This document shows, one piece after another, positions 45,967-55,976 of a stretch of 64,000 nt of DNA; position 1 is the stretch's first letter, and each line of letters opens with the position of its first letter. The DNA is from a virus (Duplodnaviria > Caudoviricetes). The notes below the pieces were generated by a model. That model saw only the letters and a program-made list of their open reading frames with translations. It was not told the origin of the DNA and made no database searches. The stretch covers positions 96,001 to 160,000 of IMG/VR virus record IMGVR_UViG_3300031760_000002; one strand, 5' to 3'. The position numbers and the translations under genes are program-made.

Positions 45967-47840
45967 TTCGAGCACTCCATCGCGATCCTCCTGTTGAGCA
46001 GGAAGGCGGTCGCATAATGCCTCATGGACTCCGGTAGGGCCGTAAGGTCGAACTTGGTCTTCGCGCCAAGCGTGACGAAATGCACCGCGTACGGAACCTT
46101 CCCCGACTTCGACACGTCGTCGCGATACGACGGGAACCACAGGTAGTCCGATATGTCGAAGATCTCGTCGTCCCTGGCACACTTTACGGACGAGTAGTCG
46201 TCGTTCACATGGCAGCACCTGGACCACATGCTCCTGAACAGGAACCTCCTCATGTCGGACTTCGGATTGAACAGGAAGAACCCGCCGAGCGGGAACGCGG
46301 ACGTGTCGTACATCTCGATTCCGAGGTTCCTCGAGATCCTGGTCCGCCCGACGATCATGTTCCTGTCGGTGAAGGTGTCGCACAGGGCGAACAGGTCCTC
46401 CACGTCCCTGAGCACGTACACGTCCGTGTCCATGAACAGCACGAAGTCGTCGATGTCCAGCACCGACGAGCACAACTGCGGAAGGTAGCATCCGATGCCG
46501 GCCCACCTGTTGTTGAGGTCGAAGCACTCCAGGTCGACCTTCGACGGGACGTCGTAGAACCTGCACGAATCGTGCCTGCCGAGCTTTTCGCACACGGCGT
46601 AGAACGAATCCTCGTTGCGGCCGGAGCATCCGTCCGAGTCCGTAAGGAAATGGAACGAAAGCGCCGATCCCGTGTGCTCCATGGCGGACATGGCCGTCGG
46701 AAGGGCCATCTCCACGAAATGCCCGCGCCCGGTGAACGACATCACGACGTTCCTGGCGGAACCGTTCGATCCATGGTACGGCTCCGCGATCCGCTCGACC
46801 GACGGGATGTTCCTGTACTCCCTAAACGACGTCTCGCACCTCAGCTCGCCGACGGCCCGTATCCTGTCGGCAAGGACGACAGCCGGGTTCACCTTCCTGG
46901 CGAAAGGGAACGCGAAAGCGTCCGAATTCCTGTACGCCACCTTGTACGAGGTGGTATGGATGAACAGCGTCCTTCCCGGGTTGTCGATCTCTTCCTCTTC
47001 GTCCTTCGTGAGCTGCCTTCCCATGAACCCGGAATAGTTCGGGCGGTTCGAATCCCCGTTGTTGAAGGTGACCGTCAGCGCAAGCAGGGGGTCGAATATG
47101 TCGAAGTCCAGGCCTTCGTCTATGAGCAGCATGTTTATCTCGCTCTGGTCGTGCCATGCCGCCTGTATTTCCGTCTTCGGATCTACCTTGTCAGGGTAGA
47201 CGTCCCTCCTAACTATGTTCCAGTACGATTTCAGCAGCGCCCAGTCGTTGTCCCTGAGCATCCTGGTGTTGAACAGGAGGAGCCCCGTGCAGACCTCGAA
47301 GTCGATCCCGTTCCTGGAAAGCCTCCTTATCCCGTCCTTCTTGTGCACATACGGGTCCAGCGTTCCGACGAGCACGTTGGATCCGACGTTCGACAGCCTG
47401 TCGACGGACCCACCGTTGGAGAAGACGTCGTTGTCGAAGCACAGAACCTCGTCGTACTCCGGGAACAGCTCCGCGCAGCACGGCTTGCACAGGGCCATCC
47501 TGGCGAACCTGCCGTCGTTCCTGGACCTGGATTCCGACACCCTCGCTACGTCGTCCCTGAACCTGGACCGACCGATGTATTCGTATGTGTCCACGACCGA
47601 CACCGACACGTCCTTCCCGGGGAAGAACACGGGAACCGACTTCAGTATGTCCCTGAACCGCCTTGGAACGCCCTTGGCCAGGATCCTGATGTCCAGCGGG
47701 ACATCCGAGTACATGCACACCGACACGATACTGGTAAGAAGCATCTGCAGGGGGTCCATCCCGTTCGACGACCTTACGTCCACCGACGCGTCCATTATGT
47801 AGAACACGCCGACCCTTCCCATGCTTCCAATCCGTTCCAT
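45963..47840 (-). CDS. tandem two-domain GT8-like glycosyltransferase
   Basis: ELFPEYDEVLCFDNDV...GLLLFN...HDQSEINML; second domain FVLFMDTDVYVLRDVEDLF...GFFLFN. Confidence 0.75.
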   Translation of the reverse strand: MERIGSMGRVGVFYIMDASVDVRSSNGMDPLQMLLTSIVSVCMYSDVPLDIRILAKGVPRRFRDILKSVPVFFPGKDVSVSVVDTYEYIGRSRFRDDVARVSESRSRNDGRFARMALCKPCCAELFPEYDEVLCFDNDVFSNGGSVDRLSNVGSNVLVGTLDPYVHKKDGIRRLSRNGIDFEVCTGLLLFNTRMLRDNDWALLKSYWNIVRRDVYPDKVDPKTEIQAAWHDQSEINMLLIDEGLDFDIFDPLLALTVTFNNGDSNRPNYSGFMGRQLTKDEEEEIDNPGRTLFIHTTSYKVAYRNSDAFAFPFARKVNPAVVLADRIRAVGELRCETSFREYRNIPSVERIAEPYHGSNGSARNVVMSFTGRGHFVEMALPTAMSAMEHTGSALSFHFLTDSDGCSGRNEDSFYAVCEKLGRHDSCRFYDVPSKVDLECFDLNNRWAGIGCYLPQLCSSVLDIDDFVLFMDTDVYVLRDVEDLFALCDTFTDRNMIVGRTRISRNLGIEMYDTSAFPLGGFFLFNPKSDMRRFLFRSMWSRCCHVNDDYSSVKCARDDEIFDISDYLWFPSYRDDVSKSGKVPYAVHFVTLGAKTKFDLTALPESMRHYATAFLLNRRIAMECSK

Positions 47841-47841
47841 G

Positions 47842-48540
47842 CTACTTAGGAACCCCCGGCGCGCCCTTCATGGCCGCCTTCATCCTCTCCCCCTCGACGA
47901 TCCCCTTCCCAAAGTCCGGCATGCCGGGAGGGACGTCGTCCTTGTGCGACTGGTACCATTTCGGGTCCGTCGGCACGACGGTCGACCCGGCCACGACACC
48001 GGGCTTGTTCGAGATGGGCTTGCCGGACGCCGTGGTCATTATGGCCAGGTTGTTCTCGAGAACGGACCTGAGGTCGTCCTTCATGTCCTCGTGGACGACC
48101 GGCTTCACGTCCTCGCGCACGGCCTGCGTGACTACCTTGTCGTTGACCGGATTGCCGGACTCGTCTATGAAGTTCGATTCGGCCTGTATCCTGGCCTCCT
48201 TTTCCCTCTCGGCCCGTATGGCCTTGGAGATGGCCGACTGCCTCTCTATTCTCCTGGACACGATCCTGTCCACGAGCTTGTCGAAACCTCCCCTGGAATC
48301 CGCCCTGCACGCCGTGCCGGGCTCGTCCAGAAGCTCCCCCTCGACCCAGTCCCTCACAATGGACCTAAGGACGCGGAGATCGTTGTCGGACAACCTTACT
48401 TTGAACCCCTTGGTGTCCTTCCGTATCCCGTCGTAGGCCGACACGAATACGTCAAGGTCCCTGGACCTTCCACCGGGAAGTATGGTCTTGTTGGCCAGCT
48501 TCGAATACTTCTGCGAGCCGGAATCGTTTATCAGGTACAT
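47842..48540 (-). CDS. hypothetical protein
   Basis: 232 aa, GGAGG RBS. Confidence 0.65.
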   Translation of the reverse strand: MYLINDSGSQKYSKLANKTILPGGRSRDLDVFVSAYDGIRKDTKGFKVRLSDNDLRVLRSIVRDWVEGELLDEPGTACRADSRGGFDKLVDRIVSRRIERQSAISKAIRAEREKEARIQAESNFIDESGNPVNDKVVTQAVREDVKPVVHEDMKDDLRSVLENNLAIMTTASGKPISNKPGVVAGSTVVPTDPKWYQSHKDDVPPGMPDFGKGIVEGERMKAAMKGAPGVPK

Positions 48541-48601
48541 TCGTCGTCCTCCGTCTATAGCGGCTGGCCCGCCGGCAGGGGCGGGCCGTTCCGCCGTCCG
48601 T

Positions 48602-48865
48602 CTACAGGGAAGCCTGGGCCCTGCACAGGCGCTCCTCGAGGGCCGCCCTGTACATCGACATCGCCTTGCGCTGCTTCTTCAGCATGCGGAGGTTGCACCT
48701 GTCGTCCTTGGTCCTTCCGACCATGGACTCGAGCTTGTCGATGGCCGCGTCGATCTTCACGAGGCGGTCGATGAGCTGCTTGAGCTCCGCCTGCAGCCTC
48801 CTGACGAACGCCGGAAGCTTGGCTACGACCGACGCGACTCCCTTCTTGCTTGTCTTTTCCTTCAT
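48602..48865 (-). CDS. crAss001_48-like small helical protein
   Basis: RL.AEL..L.DRL.K...L..Q..AM..Y..AL.ERL pattern. Confidence 0.5.
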   Translation of the reverse strand: MKEKTSKKGVASVVAKLPAFVRRLQAELKQLIDRLVKIDAAIDKLESMVGRTKDDRCNLRMLKKQRKAMSMYRAALEERLCRAQASL

Positions 48866-49398
48866 TTTTTGTTTTTCCCTTCGGCACCTGCTGTTGCGGA
48901 CGACGTACGGTGCCGCTCCGTCGCCTCGCACATCGCCAGAGACAGCCTCCTCCTGTACCTGGATTCGGCCTTCTCCAGCCTCCTTTCGTTCCTTCTGCGG
49001 TGGAACCCGCCGTTGCACCGGTGGCCCGATACGCCGTTGCGCATGTCCTCCATGTACGACCTGTACGACTTCAGGAACAGCTCCCCCTCCTCCGTTATCG
49101 TGTAAGCCAGCGCACGGTTGAACCCACGCTTCACCACGGGTTCGCCCCTTCCGGGAGGCAGCCTCAGCGGCAGCCTCCTTATGAAGGAGTTCCTCTCGGC
49201 CGACCGTACGATCCGTTCGCAAAGGTGGGTCGCCTTCCTTCTTCCAAGCGACAGGGCTCTGCCCTCGCCGAGCACGGCGCAGGTCATTTCCCAGACGGAC
49301 ACCGGCCTCTCCCTGGTGAATATGCCAAGGAGCTCCGACATCCTCCGCTGGACCCTGTGCGCCTGCGGTATGGAGAAAAAGCCCTGTCCCTTCTGCAT
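48862..49398 (-). CDS. possible winged-helix DNA-binding protein
   Basis: basic; YTITEEGELFL wing motif. Confidence 0.4.
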   Translation of the reverse strand: MQKGQGFFSIPQAHRVQRRMSELLGIFTRERPVSVWEMTCAVLGEGRALSLGRRKATHLCERIVRSAERNSFIRRLPLRLPPGRGEPVVKRGFNRALAYTITEEGELFLKSYRSYMEDMRNGVSGHRCNGGFHRRRNERRLEKAESRYRRRLSLAMCEATERHRTSSATAGAEGKNKK

Positions 49399-50168
49399 CA
49401 GTAAAGGCCCACGACCTTGACCTGGTCCTTGCGGGCCTCCTCCGGCGTCACGACGCCCTTCTGGGACATCCCGGCCGGAAGGCCCGACGGAAGAACGATC
49501 TTCCTGGCCCTGTCCTCCGCGTCCTTGTTCCTGTCGATCTCCGGATCCTTGTCGAAATCGGCGTCCTCGACGAGGCCCTTGAACTTATCCAGGGCACCCT
49601 TCCGGAACGCTTCGGCCGCCTTCAGCATCGTGCGGTACAGGGAGACGATGTTCTCCTTGCGCTGCTCCTTCATGGTGTTCACCATCGGGGAAACCGCGGG
49701 AACGCCGTCGAACGTGGCGATGACGACGGCACCGTCCATCCTGGAGCGCGCGAAGCACTGTGAGGCTGTCTGCTCGAACGCCAGCATGCAGTAGTCGCCG
49801 GGGAGCACGAGCTTGGCCAGCGCCTCCATGGCCCCCGGTATCGACATGCCCTCGATCTCCGCGCCTCCGACAATGTAGGGGCCTTCCCACCTGGGCTCTC
49901 CGTCCTTCGGCGGATCCGACTTCTCCTCGTTCTCGAAGGAATGGACGGACACCTTGATGCCCTCCATCTCCTCCTTGGACTTCGTCTCGGCCAGCCGTTC
50001 CGTGATGCAGTCCATCACTGAGAACACGTCGCGCCCCACGATCTTCACCGACCCGTCTCCGGACGACGATTCGAATATGACCTTGGCCATGGTGGACATG
50101 ACCACCTTCCTCTTGGCCCCTTCGGACCCCTTCGCGGCGTTCGCCGCATCATTGCTGTTGTCAGCCAT
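49398..50168 (-). CDS. hypothetical protein
   Basis: 256 aa. Confidence 0.65.
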   Translation of the reverse strand: MADNSNDAANAAKGSEGAKRKVVMSTMAKVIFESSSGDGSVKIVGRDVFSVMDCITERLAETKSKEEMEGIKVSVHSFENEEKSDPPKDGEPRWEGPYIVGGAEIEGMSIPGAMEALAKLVLPGDYCMLAFEQTASQCFARSRMDGAVVIATFDGVPAVSPMVNTMKEQRKENIVSLYRTMLKAAEAFRKGALDKFKGLVEDADFDKDPEIDRNKDAEDRARKIVLPSGLPAGMSQKGVVTPEEARKDQVKVVGLY

Positions 50169-50541
50169 TTTTCTCTTGCTCCTTTTTCTGTTTTGCGAAT
50201 ACCTTCGCCAAATGCTCGACGTATGCCTTGCCGAGGTCCGTCATCCACCGCATCGATACGGTAGGCCCGGCCTTCGGGTCCGGGAACCTGAAATTGACGA
50301 CATAGTCCCTTCCCTCCGTGGGCAGCTCCCTGGCCATCTTCATGTACACCTCACCGATCTGCATCAGCTGGCCTTGGGTGAACTCGGGCCCCTTCGGCGC
50401 ACCCTTGACGACTTCGTACATCCTGCCTTCATGCTCGACGTACTCGGTCTCTCCGGGGCCTGCCGCGCCGTTCCAGGGCCCATGGGCTCCGTCCATATGT
50501 CCCTGGGCACCAACGGTTTGTCCGTCAACGGAATCGGCCAT
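50161..50541 (-). CDS. hypothetical protein
   Basis: 126 aa. Confidence 0.6.
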   Translation of the reverse strand: MADSVDGQTVGAQGHMDGAHGPWNGAAGPGETEYVEHEGRMYEVVKGAPKGPEFTQGQLMQIGEVYMKMARELPTEGRDYVVNFRFPDPKAGPTVSMRWMTDLGKAYVEHLAKVFAKQKKEQEKNG

Positions 50542-50542
50542 C

Positions 50543-51013
50543 CTACAGCTCTATGGTTTTCTGGTTGCCGGTCCCCGGGACGCCGTCCGGCCGATCCTGG
50601 CTGACGTATGACCGTGGGCCGACGGAAAGGTCATTGGAGGCCATGACCTGCTTGAACTGCGAATCGCTGCTGACGATGTAGTTCCAGCTGGAGGACAGGT
50701 CCTTCATGTCGTCCCCGTCAGGCACGAGGGACATGGACGAGATGCCGAACGCGGACATGACGCCGCCGATCGACTCTATGGCCGGGTACACCCACTTGGA
50801 CAGGCCGTCCGGAACGCCGTCGAAGAACTCGGTCTCCGTGGGCCTGAGGCTGTGGCCCCCCATGGTCTCGAACGAGGAAAGCCTCATCGACCTGATGCCG
50901 CACGACTGCATTAGCTGCGACAGGGCCTTGGCTGCCTGCATGGACAGGTTAAGCATGGCCTTGCCGTCCTGGTGCGACATTATGGACTGCACCCTGGTGA
51001 TGTTCATCTTCAT
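50543..51013 (-). CDS. hypothetical protein
   Basis: 156 aa. Confidence 0.6.
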   Translation of the reverse strand: MKMNITRVQSIMSHQDGKAMLNLSMQAAKALSQLMQSCGIRSMRLSSFETMGGHSLRPTETEFFDGVPDGLSKWVYPAIESIGGVMSAFGISSMSLVPDGDDMKDLSSSWNYIVSSDSQFKQVMASNDLSVGPRSYVSQDRPDGVPGTGNQKTIEL

Positions 51014-51016
51014 GGG

Positions 51017-51277
51017 TTATTCGGCCCTCATGAGCTTGAGCTCGTTGTCCTTCTTGATCTTGATGCGATACGACGCCTCGACCTTGTTTATTATCAGGTC
51101 CCTGCTCTCCTTGTCGGCTACCAGCGTGCCGTTGCACTCCTCGGCGTCCACGAACTGGATGATCGGTCCGGCGCACTCGCCTCCGAAGTAGGTGGGCTTG
51201 AGCGTGATGACGCCGCCTTCCTGCTTCACGATCTCCATGTCTCCCTGGCTGGGCATGATCAGCTTGATGAGTTTCAT
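51017..51277 (-). CDS. hypothetical protein
   Basis: 86 aa, AGGAG RBS. Confidence 0.6.
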   Translation of the reverse strand: MKLIKLIMPSQGDMEIVKQEGGVITLKPTYFGGECAGPIIQFVDAEECNGTLVADKESRDLIINKVEASYRIKIKKDNELKLMRAE

Positions 51278-51286
51278 TTGGTTCTC

Positions 51287-52195
51287 CTATCGAATTACGT
51301 TGTTCCCCTCTTCGGTGCAGCAGTAGACCCCTCCCGGGAGGTCGAGAACCTCCCTTGCGATGTCCTGGTACAGTGTGGTTTCCAGACCATGCATGTCCGA
51401 CAGGTTGTCATTCCACAGCTGCACCGTCTCGTTCGCGAACGAGATGTACGTGAACGGGCTGCTGCAGCCATCCGGGTTCACGGTGTCCGTATCGAAGAAG
51501 ACCGGATTGTCGCGGAACGCCGCCCGTAGAAGGGCCTCCTTCGACGAGTACCCCATCGTCGTAGAGGACATCACGGTGACGTCAAGAACGACATTGCCGA
51601 ACTCCCTCTTCGTCGGAAGAAGCAGCTTCAACGCCTCGCGCTTGGACGGGTCGTCCACATACAGGACGAGCCTCATCGTGGACTCGTCGTACGCGATCTT
51701 GATCTGGGGATCCTTGCCGAACAGCGCCTTGATCTTGCGGACGTACGTGTTCCAAGGAGCGGAAAGCTTTAGGGCCTCCTCCTTGGTGATTGGCCTCTGG
51801 TAGCCCAGCGTGGCCTGCCCGGATCCTGTCTCCGGGTCTACGGCAGTCGTCTCGCCCCAGCTGTCGAGCACGGGACAGGCTTTGTTCGCGAACGGGCAGT
51901 CGCCCAGCTGCGGTGGGTACGTGGGATGCACGATTCCCGTGCACTTTCCGTCCTTGAACTTGTCGCATCCGTCGCGACAGGTCTTGCCATACCAGCACCT
52001 ACAGTCGTTCTTGCGCTGGGTAACCTTCTCGACGACGTATTCACCGTCCGCAAGTTCCCGCTGTGATTTCACTCCTTCCATTTCTATTTTCCTTTCATGT
52101 TGTCTTTTGTACTTGCAGTTCCTGCAATCTCCCTCGATACAGTTTGCCGTAGGATACGGCCCTGGTTTGTAGGGGCAGTCAACCGGCTTTTTCAT
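51287..52195 (-). CDS. hypothetical protein, Cys-rich N-terminus
   Basis: 302 aa; C-terminal KLSAPW..Y...I..LF..D domain. Confidence 0.6.
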   Translation of the reverse strand: MKKPVDCPYKPGPYPTANCIEGDCRNCKYKRQHERKIEMEGVKSQRELADGEYVVEKVTQRKNDCRCWYGKTCRDGCDKFKDGKCTGIVHPTYPPQLGDCPFANKACPVLDSWGETTAVDPETGSGQATLGYQRPITKEEALKLSAPWNTYVRKIKALFGKDPQIKIAYDESTMRLVLYVDDPSKREALKLLLPTKREFGNVVLDVTVMSSTTMGYSSKEALLRAAFRDNPVFFDTDTVNPDGCSSPFTYISFANETVQLWNDNLSDMHGLETTLYQDIAREVLDLPGGVYCCTEEGNNVIR

Positions 52196-52370
52196 CCTTC
52201 TTGTCTATCTCCATCAGTCTATTTTTCCAACTTTTACACACCTTACCGTTATCCAGCTCATTACACAGTTTCATAAGCGAGGACTCCTTCACGCCCCATA
52301 ATTCAGATAACGGACCTACAGTATCTTCATTCACCAGGACACTGACGCTATTTGGATGTCTCAGTTTCAT
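52179..52370 (-). CDS. small hypothetical protein
   Basis: 63 aa. Confidence 0.45.
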   Translation of the reverse strand: MKLRHPNSVSVLVNEDTVGPLSELWGVKESSLMKLCNELDNGKVCKSWKNRLMEIDKKDEKAG

Positions 52371-52551
52371 CCTTCTTCTCCTTGTTTTCCGTCCCTAGAC
52401 TTAGCTTCGGAGTCGTAAGCACCGCGAACATCGCGAACACGGCGGCGAAGTACGGATGGCTGTACAGTACCATGACGACGGCCGCCGCAAGGAACGACAG
52501 CATCGGCACCATGCACAGAAGCATGCATAGGATGTTGTATACCGCCGTCAT
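52348..52551 (-). CDS. small two-TM membrane protein
   Basis: 67 aa, hydrophobic. Confidence 0.5.
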   Translation of the reverse strand: MTAVYNILCMLLCMVPMLSFLAAAVVMVLYSHPYFAAVFAMFAVLTTPKLSLGTENKEKKDETETSK

Positions 52552-52763
52552 ACGAATTTCGTCCCAAAGATTAGCACCCTACTAGTTGTCAGCAGGAACC
52601 TGATGTCGTGGTTGACCCTAGCCTCGAGATCGTCGCCGCTGGATCCGTCGTCGCTGTACGACGTCACCGTGTGCCACCTGAACGGAAAGACCCTCTCCTG
52701 CAGCTCGTACCTCCGAGTGAGCCCGCTTTCCTTCGACACGTACCTTACGATCCTAAGCTTCAT
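52548..52763 (-). CDS. small hypothetical protein
   Basis: 71 aa, ATGA-coupled. Confidence 0.5.
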   Translation of the reverse strand: MKLRIVRYVSKESGLTRRYELQERVFPFRWHTVTSYSDDGSSGDDLEARVNHDIRFLLTTSRVLIFGTKFV

Positions 52764-53128
52764 TCCTTCATTCCATCCTTGTAAAGCTTTGCGACCCTCT
52801 CGTCAGCCACCTCCGACGTGCACGCATCAATCACGTCGTCAGAATCCTCGTCCACGTACAGGACGAACGGAGCCTTGTCTCCATAATACGGCAGTGACCG
52901 TATGACGTTGTAGTCCACCCACTCTACTGCGTCCGTATCCGGATCTTCGGAGTCCCTGAACTCCTTCGAGAACGTCTGCACGAGACGCTCGTAGTCGTAG
53001 ATGAACCTTCCGGACTCGACGTCGAACGCCACGATGGCCGGATAGTAGGCCTCGCGCTCATCCTCGTTTCCGATGAGCACGGAGACCGGGCTCGTCTCCG
53101 CGATTTTGCCGACTTCCTCCTTGGTCAT
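52760..53128 (-). CDS. hypothetical acidic protein
   Basis: start reassigned to MTKEEVG, GGAGG RBS. Confidence 0.6.
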   Translation of the reverse strand: MTKEEVGKIAETSPVSVLIGNEDEREAYYPAIVAFDVESGRFIYDYERLVQTFSKEFRDSEDPDTDAVEWVDYNVIRSLPYYGDKAPFVLYVDEDSDDVIDACTSEVADERVAKLYKDGMKE

Positions 53129-53760
53129 TTCGTAACCTCCGAATCGAACTTGGCCTGGATGTCGGCGAAGCAGTCGTACATGCCGTCCACGCACAGCTGC
53201 CTTAGGATCTCACGTGCTACCGCACGGATCTCCCACTGGGCATGCCTGTCCAGTCGAAGCTGCAGGAAGTGACGCCACTCGCGGAAGTTCGCGGTCATGT
53301 ACAGCGAGGTCTGGTAGCCTTGCGGCATGGCGAACCTGGCGTCCTCCGGAGGTACGCCTTCGGTGAGCATCGCCCTATAGAGCGCGTACGACTTCTTCAT
53401 GTGTTCCGTGTACTGAAGCATGAGCGCATCGTCCATCGAAGCTGAATGAAGCTTTGCCGGAAGAACGAACCCGCATCCATTCTCCGCATCGTACTTCGTG
53501 TATCGGTCGCTCTTCTGGCTGAAACTGGCTAGGCGGTGCCGCACGATCTGGTGGCTACACGCCCTGCTGATTCCTTCGATGAGGAACGTGGCAGACGCGT
53601 GCTCCAACGGAGACTCGTGCCCGTTCTTGATGAGCTTCCTGATGAACTCGGAGTTCACCTTCGGGTCGAACGGCTCGTTCTTCGAGTCGTACGAGATGCG
53701 GGCGCAAGTCTCGATGAGCTTCTGCGGTTCCGGCGTATGTGTAATTCGTGTGACGTGCAT
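53125..53760 (-). CDS. thyX: flavin-dependent thymidylate synthase
   Basis: GHESPLEH, SRACSHQIVRHRLASFSQKSDRY, EDARF.MP, NFREWRHF..LR...HAQWEIR. Confidence 0.95.
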   Translation of the reverse strand: MHVTRITHTPEPQKLIETCARISYDSKNEPFDPKVNSEFIRKLIKNGHESPLEHASATFLIEGISRACSHQIVRHRLASFSQKSDRYTKYDAENGCGFVLPAKLHSASMDDALMLQYTEHMKKSYALYRAMLTEGVPPEDARFAMPQGYQTSLYMTANFREWRHFLQLRLDRHAQWEIRAVAREILRQLCVDGMYDCFADIQAKFDSEVTK

Positions 53761-54083
53761 TACGACCTCCCTATCAACGAACAGTTCATCACGTCCAAAA
53801 CAGGCTGCAAGATCGAGGTGCGCTGATTGTAATCCATTTTTCTGAACTGCTCCTGCGTGTATCCGAATATCCTGGTGTCGTCAATCCTAGGATTTCTCTC
53901 CCGGTGATCCTCGTCGAGCAACTGTGCAAGAACGCAGTTCGCGTCGCCGATCACTTCTAGAAGGTGCTCCTTCATCGCAAGATCGGCGTCCTTCTCCTCC
54001 CAGGCCGCGGCCTCTCGATAAAGGTACTTGTGTAGGATCTTTAGGACTGTCATCGTCCTGTCACTGCTTTTGGCTGCGTTCAT
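53760..54083 (-). CDS. hypothetical protein
   Basis: start reassigned to MNAAKSS. Confidence 0.55.
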   Translation of the reverse strand: MNAAKSSDRTMTVLKILHKYLYREAAAWEEKDADLAMKEHLLEVIGDANCVLAQLLDEDHRERNPRIDDTRIFGYTQEQFRKMDYNQRTSILQPVLDVMNCSLIGRS

Positions 54084-54268
54084 TTGCTTTTCCTTTCTAT
54101 TACACGGATCCGAAACTCGTCGTAGTCGTCCAGGTTCGTCCCGTTGTGCCTCCAGAAGTGCCACAGCCTTCTGCATGCCCCAAGGAATCCGATGTCGCAG
54201 TACTCCCTGGACGAGGATCCGGACGAGTCGGTGCCGGCGGACTTAATGACTTCGACGATCTTCTTCAT
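54080..54268 (-). CDS. small hypothetical protein
   Basis: 62 aa. Confidence 0.45.
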   Translation of the reverse strand: MKKIVEVIKSAGTDSSGSSSREYCDIGFLGACRRLWHFWRHNGTNLDDYDEFRIRVIERKSK

Positions 54269-54376
54269 TTGCCAGCGTCCTTCCTGAAGACCACGTTGAC
54301 CACGGCGTTCTACCTCCTGGCAGGGAGGCTGTTCCGCGTAAACTAAGCCCCGGTTGCGTCGTGTCGTGGTTGAAAT

Positions 54377-54610
54377 TCATTTGTCCAGTTCCCCGTCGAG
54401 ACCTTCCTTCGGGTAGTCGTCGGTCCAGTTGTCCGCGAACCCGGGCCTCCTGTCCATCAGGTTCGTGCGGTTCCTCGAAACCATGTGGAACCCGTTGGCG
54501 TCGCAATAGTGCTCGCACTCCTTCTGCGACGTGAAGCCCATGACGTACATGCCGCCCTTCGTGACGGCGTACCAGGGATAGCTCCAGTTGCGTTCGGCGA
54601 GCTCCATCAC
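54377..54610 (-). CDS. small hypothetical protein
   Basis: 77 aa. Confidence 0.5.
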   Translation of the reverse strand: MMELAERNWSYPWYAVTKGGMYVMGFTSQKECEHYCDANGFHMVSRNRTNLMDRRPGFADNWTDDYPKEGLDGELDK

Positions 54611-55578
54611 TTGATCCCCGGATCGCCAGGGTCCTTCATGGTGGCGGACGGAACGATGCTCACGTTGCCGTGGCAGTCCCCGTGCAGGACGTACAGCCTC
54701 GGGTCTAGGCCGTGAGAAGCGCAGTACTCCTCGAACAGACAGGTCATCTGGTGCATCGTGTCCTCGTCCATCTTCCTGCCCTTGAACGTCTCGGTCAGGT
54801 AGTCGATGAACTCCGGCTCGTCCATCTCGGACACCGGCTTGTAGTAGCCGGTATTGATCCCCTTGAAATGCTCGGCGGTCCTGTGCGCCAGATCGTCCGG
54901 CGTCACCTCCGACGACTTGTGGATGCCCTTGAGAGGAATCTCGGTCTTCGGCCAGCTGTTCCAGAAGATGAATTCGGCCGCACGGTTGTTGTAGGCCATG
55001 ACGACCGACTGGACCTTGTTGCCCTTCCTGTCGTATGCGACGACGTCGTACATCGGCAGCGGAGCGATAGCGTCGCCGTACCGGCTGTGCAGGTCCGACT
55101 CGGCCGAGTAAAGCGCGGACCTGTCCTTGCAGTCCAGGTCCTCATTGGCCCACGTAAGGCAGTACTGGTACCTGTCCGGATCATGCGTGCGCAGCCACTC
55201 GGCGAACCAGATGCCGCCCTTGTGTGCGGAGAACCGGCCCATCTTGTGGCACTTCGGGCATAGGGCGATCCCGTTCTCCGGGGCGAAGCGCAATGCGGAA
55301 AACATCTGCCTCGGCATGATGTGGTGCGCGTTGAGCGGAGCCTCCTTCGAGTGCTCCTTGCCGCAAATGGCACAGCGGTTGTTGTAGTATGAATGCACGA
55401 TCGCGGCCCACGTCTTGTAGAGACGCGTCGTGATCGTCTTCGTCGACTCCTTCTTCGGACGGTGGAGCTTCGGGATGCGGGGCTTCTTGGCCTTTCGCGT
55501 CCTCTTCGCCTTGCGTGGCTTCCTGGATGCCCTCTCCTTGAGGGCTTCAGCGATGACTGGCGTTGGATCGAGCGGCAT
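54607..55578 (-). CDS. HNH endonuclease domain protein (NinG-like) with C-terminal extension
   Basis: CAICG...LNAHHI...LRF..ENGIALCPKCH; start reassigned to MPLDPTP. Confidence 0.8.
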   Translation of the reverse strand: MPLDPTPVIAEALKERASRKPRKAKRTRKAKKPRIPKLHRPKKESTKTITTRLYKTWAAIVHSYYNNRCAICGKEHSKEAPLNAHHIMPRQMFSALRFAPENGIALCPKCHKMGRFSAHKGGIWFAEWLRTHDPDRYQYCLTWANEDLDCKDRSALYSAESDLHSRYGDAIAPLPMYDVVAYDRKGNKVQSVVMAYNNRAAEFIFWNSWPKTEIPLKGIHKSSEVTPDDLAHRTAEHFKGINTGYYKPVSEMDEPEFIDYLTETFKGRKMDEDTMHQMTCLFEEYCASHGLDPRLYVLHGDCHGNVSIVPSATMKDPGDPGIK

Positions 55579-55612
55579 GGTTGGCGGTCCTGGTTGGGTG
55601 GAACAGCGCGGG

Positions 55613-55641
55613 AGTCTACTACAATTCCGGTTCTGTGTCAA
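55613..55641 (-). promoter_or_regulatory. sigma70-like promoter
   Basis: TTGACA-17 nt-TAGACT; shares GCTTGACACAGAACC with the promoter at 44270. Confidence 0.7.
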
Positions 55642-55682
55642 GCGGTATCCGTGGATTTTTTTAACTATAGTCCGTGATAGGT

Positions 55683-55728
55683 AAAAAATGGGGGAAGCGA
55701 CGGCCCTTCGGCCGTACGCCACCCCCAT
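55683..55728 (-). terminator. rho-independent terminator
   Basis: ATGGGGG..ACGGCC-GAAG-GGCCGT..CCCCCAT followed by a T run. Confidence 0.7.
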
Positions 55729-55733
55729 TGCCG

Positions 55734-55976
55734 CTAGCGTTCGCGCTTTTCGAACATGCGGGAATACAGCCTCACGGCTGACGCGACCAGGGCGCACGGA
55801 AGCAAAACGACGATGCCGAGGACCGCCATCATGCCGCCGAGGACCGCCAGCTTTCCGAGACCGAACAGTATCGCGACCGGCAGGACGAAGAAGTACTGCA
55901 GGATCATCGGCACGCCGATCCTGGCGGACTTGTCGTCGCACCAGTCGACCACTTTCCAGATCCCAGACTTGCTCAT
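55734..55976 (-). CDS. small membrane protein
   Basis: start reassigned to MSKSGIW; long hydrophobic stretch. Confidence 0.55.
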   Translation of the reverse strand: MSKSGIWKVVDWCDDKSARIGVPMILQYFFVLPVAILFGLGKLAVLGGMMAVLGIVVLLPCALVASAVRLYSRMFEKRER